From: the human T2T-CHM13v2.0 reference genome, Homo sapiens
Length of the DNA: 64,000 bases
Strand: one strand, 5' to 3'
Assembly: GCF_009914755.1 (NCBI RefSeq)
Contig: NC_060928.1
The notes below the pieces were generated by a model that was not told where the DNA came from, made no database searches, and saw nothing but the letters and a program-made list of their open reading frames with translations. Every line of letters begins with the position of its first letter. Position 1 is the first letter of the stretch. The position numbers and the translations under genes were made by a program. Of the stretch, positions 42,481 through 55,799 are shown piece by piece.

Positions 42481-45400
42481 CTCCTCCTTGACACCTGCTC
42501 ACCAGCCAGCTCCTGACCCTCGGGAGGATGGGTGAGGAGAGGTAAGGGAGGGGGAAGGTGTACTTGAACTGGTACCATCATAGACTAGCTTTACATTCTT
42601 TGGATTTTCTAGATATAATAATGTGGCACTCTTACAGGTACTTTCCTGGCCTTTTTCAGGCTATTCCCATGATGGTGGTGTTGGGGAGATTCTCTCTTGA
42701 AAGCCACTAGATCCAATTGCATCTGTCCCAGTTGGTGATTTGCAACTCTTTCCTGAGCCCCGAGGCATCCAGAGTGTACCTTCATATTCTGCCATTCAGC
42801 CTTGCAGGCAGAGTCATAGATATGTTTATACTAGCTTCCACACCTCACAGTGTCTGCAGCTGGTCCATAGGAAGCATTCAAGCATCCCTGACCCCCAAGA
42901 ACTGTGGGAGTACAGATTCATCCCAACATAGCCATCACTTTCCTACTGCCACAGCTCCTTTAGGTTTCTCAGGTATGAGCTCAACAGAGGTGACTTTGAA
43001 ACAGTTCACTGAACTTTCCTTTGCAAGTTCTGCATATGGCAAACCATCTCCCGCTCACTTTGGTATCTGATAGCTAAGAAATTGATGCCTCAACTGAAAT
43101 TCAGGCAGGAGGTGTTTGTTTTTTAACCTTTTTGGTATGTTTACTATCTTCATGGGATTCCATGGAGACATCCTGGGGAAGAAAACATGATATGGACTAG
43201 CATAGTATGGGCCATGAAATCAAACAGCTCCTGGAGTGCCATGCGGCAGGAGGCAAAGCAGAAAAGAGGTGCAAAGGCAAGGCCACGAAGAGCCCCATGC
43301 CAGAAGAACTGACTTCATGTGTGTGGGGAAGGGAAACCATTGGAAATTTAAACAGTAATGCTTAACTTAGATGTCATGATCAAGTGACATTCCCCAAGGG
43401 AAAAAATGTGGGAATTACAGTGGTCAAGTGATTAAATCCTGGAAACACCAGAATTTACAACACAGATGGACTTCATGGATATTTGTTCTATGTTGTACCA
43501 GTTTCGTCCGTAATTCCTGTGTTACTACTCAAGTCTACTGTCACACATCTGCCCACCACATCTTTTTGAGCCTTCTGTTTCAGCCTTCTTTTTTCCTTTC
43601 ATTTATCATCTCTAGGAAATTTTTCTTTTCCTTTCTTTTGCAAAAGCATTTCCTCATTTTTCAAATTATTTTCAGTGAGTTCTAGTTTTTGTTGTATTAT
43701 TGAAGATTAGAACTTTGTAATTGTGTCATTAAGTCTGGAAAAAAATGGGTGTTAATGCTAAGTCATCCCTGATATCAGTAATTTCTTTCAGATATTGGGC
43801 CTAAAGGATATGGATGCTTGTTGAAAAAGTTATGAGTATTGCTATAAGCTCGCAGTTTGAGTATGTACAGGAAGAAGAAATAAACACACATGTACACACA
43901 TTCACACACACCCTCACACAGTGAGTACTCAAGTGATCAAAGCAAAAAATGTTTACCCCATTCATCATGCCCAGCCACAAGCCTTTAAATATAATTTTTT
44001 GGCTGACATGGATACATTAAAAAATTATAAATTTTTCCTATAATCTCACTGATTGTTCCAAAAAGTTTCCAAATTACTTTCTCTATATTTCAACAATATA
44101 AATCATAGTGTTTAGTCTATGCTTTCTAAACAATTTCTGAAAAGATTACAAAATATACTAGCCCTCCAGCTCAAAAGACCTATTTTTTAGCAGGACTGTT
44201 TGTCTTTGGAACATTTCATATAAAATTCAAAGTAGGAAAAGGAAGGCAAGACCACCCCAAACCTCTGCTGAGTAACTTCTTTTCTGCCTGTCCCTGTGTC
44301 AAGGCAGAGAAGAGAAACAAAGGCAGAGACCTTTAGTCAACTATTTACCTTTTACTCAAGGATACCAATATAATAACTTTGCTTTTCTATTACTAGTCAA
44401 AACAAATTTTCTGTTGGACTTTTTTTTAATTTTAATTTTGATTTTAAGTTCCAGGGCTGTTGGACTTCTTAACTCAGGGACTTCTCGAGTTTGAACCCAG
44501 CCTCTTTCTCTGGCTTTGACTGTTGCCTCTGCCCTTCCTCACACACATGCTGAGATTTCTGTTCCAGAACTCCCACTCCCCTTTCTGCAAAGGGACTAAC
44601 ATCTCTGTGGCTAATGTAGGTCTGTCCACATTAGTATCTTCTGGCCTGGAATGTTTTCTGGCAGTTATCAGGTAACTTAAGCATTTATCTGCAAGATTAG
44701 TTAAAAGACTTGCTGTATAGCTGTGATATTGATTCAACTCATAGTTTGACTCAATTAGCCAGTTTCAAATCCAGTTTCACAGCAGGAAATTTCACACATA
44801 CAAATCAGCACTTTTGAGAAGCCTGATGAAATAATGGCTAGTTTACCCTGAAAAGCTTTGTAATCTAGAAGCCAACTGTCTCAGTAAATGCCATAGTAAT
44901 GAGTTAATTATCCTAGCCCAGTGGTTGCTGGGGCTTTCTGCCAACATCCTTTTTTTCCACTTGCTGCAATTTCTGTCTCACAAGCAGTCCTCTTCTCAAC
45001 TTCCTCACTAAAAAATAAAACAAAACCTACTTTATCCTCTCAGAATGTCCCCACTGAGTCTCCACTTCTCAAATGTTTGGTAACCCATGGCAGTTTTCTT
45101 CCACTTCCACCTTACTGCAGTCTCAATATCATTGGGTTTTGATGGCTTCAGCGTTAATAATGGATCAATCTAATTTAGAGGATGCATCCAGGCCTCACCA
45201 AAATGTTGTGTGTGGAACTGTCCTACAGAAGGAGTAGAGGGCACCAAGGTTCTATTAGACCAAATCAGATGATGGCCAAGGAGAATTTGCCCTATATTAA
45301 TTCTAATGTAATTACTACATAAGTTCAGAGCCCAGAATTGGGGCCCTATTTGAACCTGGATTTACTGCGAAACTACACCAAATCCAACCACTGAAGACTT

Positions 45401-47093
45401 TTCTAGAAACAATTTCCAGAGGATGATTTGGTTGGTGGCAATCACCGTGACCCTTGAAAGCAGTGCTGTTTATTTTCTCCCTTCTTCTACAATTGTTGTA
45501 TTAAATATATATGTCATGCACATATATATGGAATTTTTAAGTTGTGTGATTTTGATCATCAAATTAAGAGCCCAAAAATATAGTTCCAAATTGAGGTCAG
45601 GACAGCAATATCCAATTGACAATTTTAAATCCATTGGTTGTCAGAAGAAAAAAGCAATGTTTATTTGTTAATACTTTTTAAAATCCTTTAAAAAATTAAT
45701 AACTTTAGCTCAGTGATAATCATGAGTGTGAATAAGACTTTAGCTAAGAGCTGATTATAATAATGAAAAGCGTGATCTATCTAGATTTCAAAAATTTATG
45801 AATGGTTAAGTACATTACAGTATTTCCACAAAATGTTAAAAATGGTGCAATTGAGGAAAATTACTGACATGAACAGATGTTCACGTTATGTTGTTAAGGC
45901 AAAAAAAATTTAAACTATTTGAAGTATATAATTTTTTGTATGGATGTACACACAGACACACAGAGAAAAATAATCTAGAAAAACATATCTGAAAACATTA
46001 TTAGTGGCTATTTCTGTGTGGTAGAATTACAGGTGACTGTATTTTCTTTCTTTTACTTTCTTTTGTCTACTCATCCTTAATTTTCTACAGTGACATGAAC
46101 TACTTTTATAATAATAGCCTAATTTATTTTTTCAAACAATGTTTGTTCCTAGACTTCTTTACAGTGTTACTTTTAGAGATGTTAGTGGTTGGGGGTCTGC
46201 AGGACACCTAAGAAAGTTTGGTTTTTCCTCCCTGTGATGGGGTTCAGGCCGATTCATCCAGTGCTCATTAAACAGAAGCCTATAAACAGGCATGTCGCAG
46301 GTGTAAACTAGAGGAAGATTGGCTTCTGTCAGCAAATTAGCCAGTTATACCAATGGCCAAACTAAGCACCCCAGTGTGCCTTTGCAGATAAAATTAAGGA
46401 TAAAATTATAAAATATCCATGTAATTGTTTTGAACAACTAGATTGGTAATTTTTTCCCTTTAAACCACTTTTGATCTTTGCATGCTTATTATTCAGAGCC
46501 TAGTGAATTGATTACAAAGAATATTCATTTTTGACTCCTACAAGAGTAAATAGATCATGTGCATTGTACAGATTCAATTCAGTTCAAATTTTTAAACTTT
46601 TACTGAGTAACTCTGCACATACCCAGAACCGTGTTAGACACAGTAGAGTACTCATAAAGGCAAATGTCTTAGAGGAATTCACAGTTTTGTCATAGAGACA
46701 GATAAATTAGTAAATATTTCTGATAAATAGAATAGAATGGGCTTCCATATAAGCAGGGAGTAATACAAAGCAAGAGTCATGGAAGTGAGGGAGAAAGAGA
46801 GGTTAATTCTAACTAAGGAACAGGAAATGTTTCCTAGAGAAAGTAACATTTTGGCTACAATTAAAAGTGTATTAATCTTCTTTGGGTCATAGATAACAGA
46901 AATCAAGTTCAAACTAGCTTAAATAAAAAAGACAGTTTGTCGGCTTATGGAATAAGGATTTCTTGTTTAGGCAAGCTGGATCCAAGAGTTAACAAGACTT
47001 TGCCACCAGGCTTAGCTTTCCTCTTTGTGACTTTTTCACAGACAAGTTCTCCACAAAGATGACTGCCAAAGATAGAAACTTACATACTATTTT

Positions 47094-47260
47094 TGTCCAG
47101 TTAGGCTTCTATTTTAAAAAAAATGCCATAAACTGGGTAACGTAGGCAACAGAAACTTATTTCTCACAGTTCTGGAAGCTGGGAAGTCCCAGATCAAGAT
47201 GCCAGCAGATTCAGTGTCTGATGAGGGCCCGCTTTCTAGACAGCCATCTTTTAGCTGTAA
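47094..47260 (-). mobile_element. MLT1A-like MaLR LTR fragment
   Basis: caacagaaacttatttctcacagttctggaagctgggaagtcccagatcaagatgccagcagattcagtgtctgatgagggcc. Confidence 0.75.
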
Positions 47261-47261
47261 C

Positions 47262-48852
47262 CTTTTTAATTTGTTGAGTAACCTCCATACTATTTTCCAT
47301 AATGGCTGTACTAATTTACATTCCTACCAACAGTGTGCAAGAGTTCACTATTCTCCACATCCTCACCAATACTTGTTTTCCTTCATCTTTTTAACAGTAG
47401 TCATTCTAACAAGTATGTGGTCATATCTCATTTGATTTTAATTTGCATTTGTCTGATGATAGTGATATTGAGCATTAAATACCTATTGACCACTTTTATG
47501 TCTTCTTTTGAGAAATGTCTATTTAGATCCTTTGCCCATTTTTGTAATTTAATTTATTTTTATTTACTTATTTTTAATTTTTATAAATATATAAAACTTG
47601 TACATATATGCAGGGTACATGTAATATTTTGATACAAATATACAATGTGCAATGATCAAATCTTAGTAATTGGGATATTCATCCCCTCAAACATTTATCA
47701 TTTCTTTTTAAAATTTATTTTCAAGGATGGTTTCAGAACATTTATAATTTTGTTTGTGTTGGGACATTCCAAATCTTTTCTTCTAGCTATTTTGAAACAT
47801 AACAATAAATTATTGTTAACTATAGTCACCCTGTATCTTCTTTCTTTTTTTTTAACTTTTATTTTAAGTTCATGGGTACATGTGCAGGATGTGCAGGTTT
47901 GTTATGTAGGTAAACGTGTGTCATGGGGGTTTGTTGTACACATTATTTCATCTCTCAGGTATTAAGCCTAGTATCCATTAGTTTTGCCCATGTTTTAATG
48001 GGATTATTTGTTTTCTTACTGAGTAGAGCTCCTTATATATTTTGCATATTAACACCCCTTATCAGATGTGTGGTTTGCAAATGTATTCTCTTGTTTCACA
48101 AGTTGTCTCTCAACTCTGATTATTGTTTTCTTTGCTGTGCAGAAGCTTTTAAGTTTGATGGAATACCATTTGTCTATTTTTGGTTTTGTTTCCTGTGATT
48201 TGGGGTCATATCCAAAACATAATTGCACAGACCAATGTCATGGAGCTTTTCGCCTGTGTTTTCTTCTGGTAACTTTACAATTTCAGGTCTTACGTTTAAG
48301 TCTTCATTTTGAGTTGATTTAGTGTGAGGTAAGGGTCTAGTTTCATTTTTCTGCATGTGGATAGCCAGTTTTTCTAGAACCATGCATTGAAAAGACTGTC
48401 CTTTCCCATTGTGTGTTCTTGACATCTTTGCTGAAAATCAATCAACTGTAAAAGTGTGGATTTATTTCTGGGCTCTCTATTCTGTTGCATTGGTGTATGT
48501 ATCTGTTATTATGCTGGTACCATGCTGTTTTGATTGCTATAGCTTTGTAGTAGATTTTGAAGTCACTGAAAACTACTTAACATTGATAAAAGAATTTGAA
48601 GAAGACATGGATAAATGGAAAGATATCTGGTGTTAATGGATTGGAAGAATTAATACTGTTAAAATATCCATTCTACCTAAAGCAATCTATAGACTAAATG
48701 CAATTCCTATTAAAATTTCAATGACGTGTTTCATAGAAATAGAAAGACAACCTTAAAATTTATATGCAACCACACAAGACCCTGAAGCGCCAAAGCAACC
48801 TTGAGCAAAATGAACAACGCTGGAGGCATCACATTACCTGATTTTAAAACCT
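47262..48852 (-). mobile_element. L1MA-type ORF2 remnant with inverted 5' part (48566-48852 plus) and nested insert (47545-47982)
   Basis: Minus-strand ORF2 sequence ends at tttgaagtca, then plus-strand ORF2 (KEFEEDMDKWKDI) runs to ggcatcacattacctgattttaaaa. Confidence 0.82.
47545..47982 (-). mobile_element. Composite insert: short L1PA13-like 3' end (47838-47982) plus L1MA 3' end (47545-47835)
   Basis: Two distinct L1 3' ends in tandem, jointly flanked by tttgcccat duplication (47531 and 47983). Confidence 0.75.
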
Positions 48853-48959
48853 AGTAATTATTTAAATGTAATGGGAACTGGCTATTTGAAGTATATCTTG
48901 CGATAAGTACTTTTGTAAAGCAATAAATTAAATTGCCAATTGAAACACTGGCCTTTAAT

Positions 48960-49492
48960 CTAGAACCAGAAATACCATTTGACCCAGCAATCCAATTACT
49001 GGGTGTATACCCAAAGGAATATTAATCATTCTACTATAAAGACACATGCACACGTATGTTTACTGCAGCACTGTTTACAATAGCAAAGACATAGAATCAA
49101 CCCAAATGCCCATCCATGATAGACCGGATAAAGAAAATGTGGTACATATACACCACGGAATACTATGCAGCCATAAAAAGGAATTGGATCATGTCCTTTG
49201 CAGAGACATAGATAAAGCTGGAAGCTATCATCCTCTGCAAACTAACAAAGAAACAGAAAACCAAATACGGCATGTTCTCACTCGTAAGTGGGAGCTGAAC
49301 AATGAGAACTCATGGACACAGAGAGGGGAACAACACACACTAGGGCTGATTAGGGGGTGGGTTGGGAGAGGAGGGAACTTAGAGGATGGGTTAATAGGTG
49401 CAGCAAACCACCATGGCACATGTATACCTATGTGACAAACCTGCATGTTATGCACATGTATCCCATTTTTTTCAGAAGAAAATTTTAAAAAA
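48960..49492 (+). mobile_element. L1PA8-like 3' fragment
   Basis: ctagaaccagaaataccatttgacccagcaatcc...catgtatcccatttttttcagaagaaa; 18-bp TSD gaaaca(c/t)t(g/a)gcctttaat. Confidence 0.9.
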
Positions 49493-52400
49493 GAAACATT
49501 AGCCTTTAATTTTTATGTTTTGTAAGTCTGAATTATTATATATTGACTTGACTTAGAATAGTGTGTACTCAGACTGTCTTTTTTTAAAAAAATGAATTTT
49601 AATCCATTTAAAATGTAATTCAACTTAAGCTTTTAGAACATTACCTGTTTCCAGTGAATGATTAATAAATATAAATACATGCTTCCTTGAATTTATATCA
49701 GTAATCATAAAATCATCTATCAGTTTTAAAAGTCTACGTGTACCAGGCATTTGTTTGTTCCTTGGCATAGCAATGATTGGATATGAATTCATTTTATGAT
49801 TCACAGAATCCCCATGGGCTCATAGTGATATGGGCGTTTGAAATCAGGCCAATTGATGTTTTAATCCTTTCTGTCCTTCAGGAAGAAGTGGAATTAAAAT
49901 CTATGTTTTTGTTATTTAGTATTTGTGGCACTAAGCTAAGATTACAGATAAAATGTAGAATTAGATCCTTGCCAAATGGATTCATAATCTAAATTAAACA
50001 GATATACAGGAAACTGACCTCGGGAAATAAATTGTAGGAGTGACAAATTGGTGAAAAACTCAGGAACAAACCAAAAAATCTAAACAGAGATAGTAAAGTA
50101 CTCTATTATTAATATTTCCTGGTAAAGAACGAAGGCATAGAACAAAAAGGCCAATTTCTGAATCCAGTTCTCCCCTGAACTTCTTGCATAAGTTTGAGCA
50201 TGGCTCCTTTCTTCACCCTGCATTATTTTCTGTATCTTCAAGATGGTTCATCCTTTACAAAGAAGTTGGAGTCATGTATGAAATAATAAACATGAAACAC
50301 TTCAAGTTTCTCAGAATGAAGTTTCCAGAGCAAAATGAAATAATAACAGGGATACACTGTATGATTTACTGCTGATAGTTTATCTTATAAAGCAAGTAAA
50401 TTAGGGGCTGAAATTTTATATATTAGAAGGATTTATTTCAAAAATGATTTTAAGAAATATACAATCAGTAAATTTGAACTAAACCAATCTATAAAACTTT
50501 GATTCATACACAACTTTTGGAAAACATCTTGCATTATTCAGAGTTATTATACCTTTGTGGATTTAATTAATACCCAACACATAAGGCAATTCTTTAGGAT
50601 AAGTAATGTGCTAAATCAGTGGTACTCAGAGATATATTACATTTGAGCCATTGATAATAATGAAGTATTATTAAATGACAACTTCATGTTAACTACTTAA
50701 TAATAAATTATTAAATAATAACAAAAATCCATGTAACTGTTATATGCCTTTTAAATATTTTCTGTGATATTAAATATACTTTCTAATATAGAAATTGAAA
50801 ATCTTGAACCTCTCTAGATTACAAGCAAAAAACCACATGTGCCATCTCCTATTAAAGTGAATGATCAGTTAAGGAATATTTTGTGACACTGGATTAAAGA
50901 CCTTAAGAACTAATAGTGGTTACAATGTAATAATTAGTATGGAATTATAGACAATTTCAGAATACATAAAACTAGTTTTTTAAAAGTTGTCTAATCCTAT
51001 ATTGAAATAAACCACTGCATATAATCATATGAATTTGATTACAAATGAGGCTGTGGGTTATCTTGAGGACAGGATGAATGATGGGAAAGTGAAAAATTTC
51101 CCAAGATGGTTGAAAGACTTGTATACAGCAAGACCATATTGCATAAAAAATAACTGACATAGTCACCACATTTTGAAAAGGTGCAATGTGAAGTCATGCT
51201 TCCACATTCAATGACAGAATATCCTTACCAAAATAATATTGGTATCCAATATGGAGAACAGTGGATGGGACAATGTCAAAAAGGAATGGGATCAAAAGAT
51301 GAGCAGGTTGCTTTCTTCCTTACCCCTTGAATAGACCCCACACACACCTGAAGAAACTGAGTCTGAAATAATGGAAAAAAGCTGTAGTTGTTGGCCTTTG
51401 TCTGCAGAATTCCTCCATGTCTCCCTTTTATATCCCTTGTTCCCAATTCCCCTAATTTCTCGGCACATTTTCTTTAATTGGATTCTCTGTCTCTTTCATT
51501 TCCCTAACTTTGCTGAGCTGGTTTTAAGCCAGCAACTCTGATTTTCACTTGTGCTACTCCTCCATGAATTGATTATTGATGAATTAATTATCCACCTATG
51601 ACCTCATTCACAGTAAGTCATGAGTAAAAGGCACCTACTCCTGTTCCCTGATGTAGCCCAGTAGAGCCTGCACCAATACGGCTGTGGCCTGACCAGTCAC
51701 TATATGATTATGAAAGGAGATCCAACTTAAACTAAAGGGAATTATTTTGAACAAGATTCATCAAAATCAGAGCACATATCTCACCATATTCAGACAGCTG
51801 AGGATAGTTGTCCATCCCTCTACTAACCAATCACTACCTATAACACAGTCTGGATTCTTTCGTAATTCTTGGTACATAGAAGCTTCTCAGAAATTATTTG
51901 ATGAAAGGATGGATAAATGAATAAATAAATTATTATAAACACTTGCTATAAGATCTAAGAATAATTACACTGGTTGTTAAGGGTGTGCATGAAATAACAA
52001 AATATAATGAATCCTTAATTAGTAGAATATATTTAATGATTTCCATTTACATTTATATCAAGAAAAAAAAAGGAAAAAGCAACCCAGCACATCTACTTGT
52101 CATCACTTTTCAAACATCTGTGGTTTAAAAAACAGCTTTGAAAATAGTTACTTGCCTCGGGTAAGGTCTGACTTCTGCTGTATAAGCAGTAAACTATTCT
52201 AAATCCTTACACACTAGTACATATCCTCATAGAGGGCAGTTAATACCAATTAGGCCCAAATCTTCCCATTCTGGTTCTTATAGGAATATATAGATGTATG
52301 TTTGATACAAAACATATTCAAAATTTTTTTAAAAAGACAGAAGTAACAGATGCATCATCCCAATTTCTTGGAAAAAAAAACTGCACTCTAGAATTCCTAA

Positions 52401-52525
52401 ATAAGAATGTTAACATGGTTAATGGAGACAGCATGCGCTGGCATTTAAAATGCTTACTGTTTAGGAGGAGAAAACATCCTAAATACAGTGCTTCTCCATC
52501 AGCTCAATGTTTTTTGTTTCTTCAG

Positions 52526-52649
52526 ACTGATAGGCTGGATGTGGATAGCTTGTTTAGCAACATTGAGTCCGTGCATCAGATATCAGCCAAGCTGCTGTCA
52601 TTGTTGGAAGAGGCCACAACAGACGTGGAACCGGCCATGCAAGTAATTG
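52526..52649 (+). CDS. ARHGEF38: ARHGEF38 internal coding exon (probably exon 3), 124 nt, DH domain
   Basis: Acceptor tttttgtttcttcAG|ACT and donor ATTG|gtatgt. Translates TDRLDVDSLFSNIESVHQISAKLLSLLEEATTDVEPAMQVI-G with the DH motif LFSNIE; phase 0 start matches the previous exon end. Confidence 0.95.
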
Positions 52650-55091
52650 GTATGTTTATTCTCTTCTCGAGTTCTGCAATACAACAGGAAATAATTTTTT
52701 AATAACCTCCCTTTGCTTTGGTTTTTTGTTCCTGACTCACCATGCTTCCCAGGAGATATATAAATGCTAAACCCATCTTTGGGCTCATTGTGATTATGCA
52801 GACTCTGTGTTTATTTTCAAATGGGTTTATATCCATTTGCTGAAGTCCCTCAGTAGCACAAAACATACCATTTGCTTTTTAATTTCCAATCTTTCAATCT
52901 CTTTGCTTTCCAGATGTTCTGTAATTTTTTTTAATGGCTAACACTTACTTGATCCTTAAAGAATTAATTATTTAAATATTCTAATAGCTTTACTGATTTC
53001 TCATTACAATGTTTTTTAGATCTTATGCCCATCAATCAATTTTTTTGGATTATAAACTTCTTACCTGAGGAATGTAAAACTATTAAAGGAATGTAAGTTA
53101 TTAAAAATTTACACAAGTTCTACTTTTTTTCATGCTCTCTTTTTTTCTGTATTATTTACCTTCCAAATATGTTTTTACTGTCAATCAGATATATTTATTT
53201 TCTTACTATGGTAGGATTCTCAAAAATAACAACAGAAAATATAATTTGAAAAGTATTGAGCCAAATTTTTATGCTCTCCATTTCTTGGGAATTTCCAAGG
53301 GAATATGTGCTATGAATTCCTTAAAGGCAGTTTGCACTTCGAGACATCATACAGTGTCATGTAGGCTAAGAGTTTTTTAAAATTATGGTTTCTCTATTTC
53401 ACACTTAATATACAATAACTCCTCATTACAAAAGTACTAAAACAATTCAGGAGCACGTAGAGTAACGGTAAAATTTCCTTTCATATATCCCTCCAATGCC
53501 ACTGCCTTCCCCACAAGTAACCGCTTGTTTGATGTAGATCTTTACTTTGAGATACACACACAAAGACTACACACAAACACTTTATGTCTTTACTGATTAT
53601 GTCTTTGTTACCTTTTATTTGTTAGAGTTATAAAAATGTCATGGAACTGGTCTTGTTTAATATTTATAGAGAACCAAAGTTTAATGAGGAAAGCTGATCA
53701 AAGACATGAAATATAGTGAAAGAAATGACTGGGTAATAAGGCCAGCCCACTCAGAAAGATTTCTTCCACAGATAGGTTTAAATTCAATTGTTCTTTGTGA
53801 TGAAATGTCCCCAACAAATTGTAAAAATATTTCCTAAAAGAAGAACTCTACTCATTACCACACTAACTCATTAGTGTGAATTCATTGGCTATTCATTTAT
53901 TAATTCAATCAATGAATAGTTATGAAGTAGCAGCATATTCACAAGATTTGGTACTGTACCACATTGCTTGGTATCAAAAGGTGAAAGGGCTCATTTCTCT
54001 CTTTCAAAAACATTCAATCAAACAGCTTCTTGAATTGAAGGTGTGGGTATAATACACCATCAAAGCAGTTTCTACACTACTGCAAACCTTGGAGGATAAA
54101 GAAAACATTTCTAGATGGAAACTCCAAGGATTCTTGAAGATGTTATTTGGGCTTAAAGTATAGATTCTATTTCAACAATAGGGTCCATGTTGAGGAGAAG
54201 ATTCCAAATGGAAATGACAGCATGAAAAACAAGTGTGAAACAAATGCCAAATGCCAAGTGTGTTTAGGAAATGAAGAGTGATCAAGCTGGAGTGAAGGAC
54301 AGATGTAAGCAAGAAATGAGAAATGAACCTGAAAGTGCAGAGTAGGGACTGGCAGCATTTGGAAATGAAGTTTGGAATTTACTGTACAAGTAATAAAGAG
54401 CCATTAAAAGATTTCTGGCAAGGGTGTGATGAGACACAAAAGTTTCTGGAGAGAGAAAGATATGGTAGGTCTGAACAGCATGCAGAGGAGGAACTGAGTC
54501 CTAGACTAGTAAATAGGTTGTTATAAGTAATATAGGCATGTGGTAATAAGCATTGAGACTAAGGGAGATACAGTGAAAATTTTTAAAAATGGGGTCATTT
54601 CAAGAGAAATGTAGAAGAAAGCATAAACAAGTTGTTGATTCATGTGCTGAAGTCAAAAACAATTCCAGATTTAAGGTGACCATGTATTGTGGTTTGTCTA
54701 GAGCATACTGATTTTAGTGTATTACGTAAGCATTCAGTCCACTTTAGCATTTGTCATGGACTTTTCCTTTTTAAAAATTATTATTATTATTAGTTGCATC
54801 AGAAGAGGTTTTATAAGACCTTTACATCATACTTCAACTTCTGACACAATCTCTTTTAGTAGAGTGTAATGTGCAGTTAACGGTTCTCACTGTAACACAT
54901 GGTAAACTCTGAAACATAGTCCATCTCTCGTATGCCAACCTTTTCTAGTCTCAAGGAAAGTTCTATCTTTCTTTGAATTGCCACATGCAGGGAAGTGGCT
55001 GATTAAATGATGCTGTTTGGATATGAACAGCTAGAAACTGCTAACTCCTTTCTGTCCTGGTGGTTGTGGATGTGTTGGATGCTGCAGACCC

Positions 55092-55104
55092 CGCCATCTA
55101 CTGG
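55092..55104 (-). promoter_or_regulatory. Candidate CTCF core motif
   Basis: Minus strand reads CCAGTAGATGGCG, fitting CCASYAGRKGGCR. Confidence 0.35.
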
Positions 55105-55410
55105 GTGTAGCAGCTAGTTGTGTCATGACCCATGCTGGGTGGCCCATGTCATGACCTATGAGAGGCATGAAGCCATCGGGATGCCAGTCAGTGGGGTTAA
55201 TGGGACACGTTTTTACAGAATAGATGTAAATAAAATATGTATGGAAAATAGGGCCTGAGAAATCATGCTACAGAGTGTCTAGAGGCTCTTGCTATGGTAA
55301 TTTGGTTACCTATTGCATGTTATAGATTGACAACTCTTTTACAAATTTTTTGGTTATGTTTCATTCTGAAATAAACCTTTTCAGAAGCAAGAATTTAATA
55401 TATTCATGTT

Positions 55411-55799
55411 TGTATTAGTCAGTTTTCACACTGCTATAAAGAACTACCTGAGACTGGGTAATTTATGAAGAAAAGAGGTTTAATTGACTCACAGTTCTTC
55501 AGGCTTAACAGGAAGCAAGCCTGGGAGGCCTCAGGAAACTTACAATCATGGCAGAAGACAAAGGGGAAGCAAAGACCTTCTCCACACTGTGGCAGGAGAG
55601 AGAGAGCACGCCAAGGGGGAAGTGCGATGCACTTTCAAACAACCAGATCTCATGAGAACTCACTCACTATCACAAGAACAGCAAGGGGAAAGTCCACCCC
55701 CATGATTCAATCACCTCCCACCAGGCCCCTCCCCCATCACCTGGGGATTACAATTCAAGATGAGACTTGGCAGGGGGGACACAGAGCCAAACCATATCA
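55411..55799 (-). mobile_element. MSTA/THE1D-like MaLR solo LTR
   Basis: tgtattagtcagttttcacactgctataaagaactacctgagactggg...gacacagagccaaaccatatca; perfect 5-bp TSD atgtt. Confidence 0.92.
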
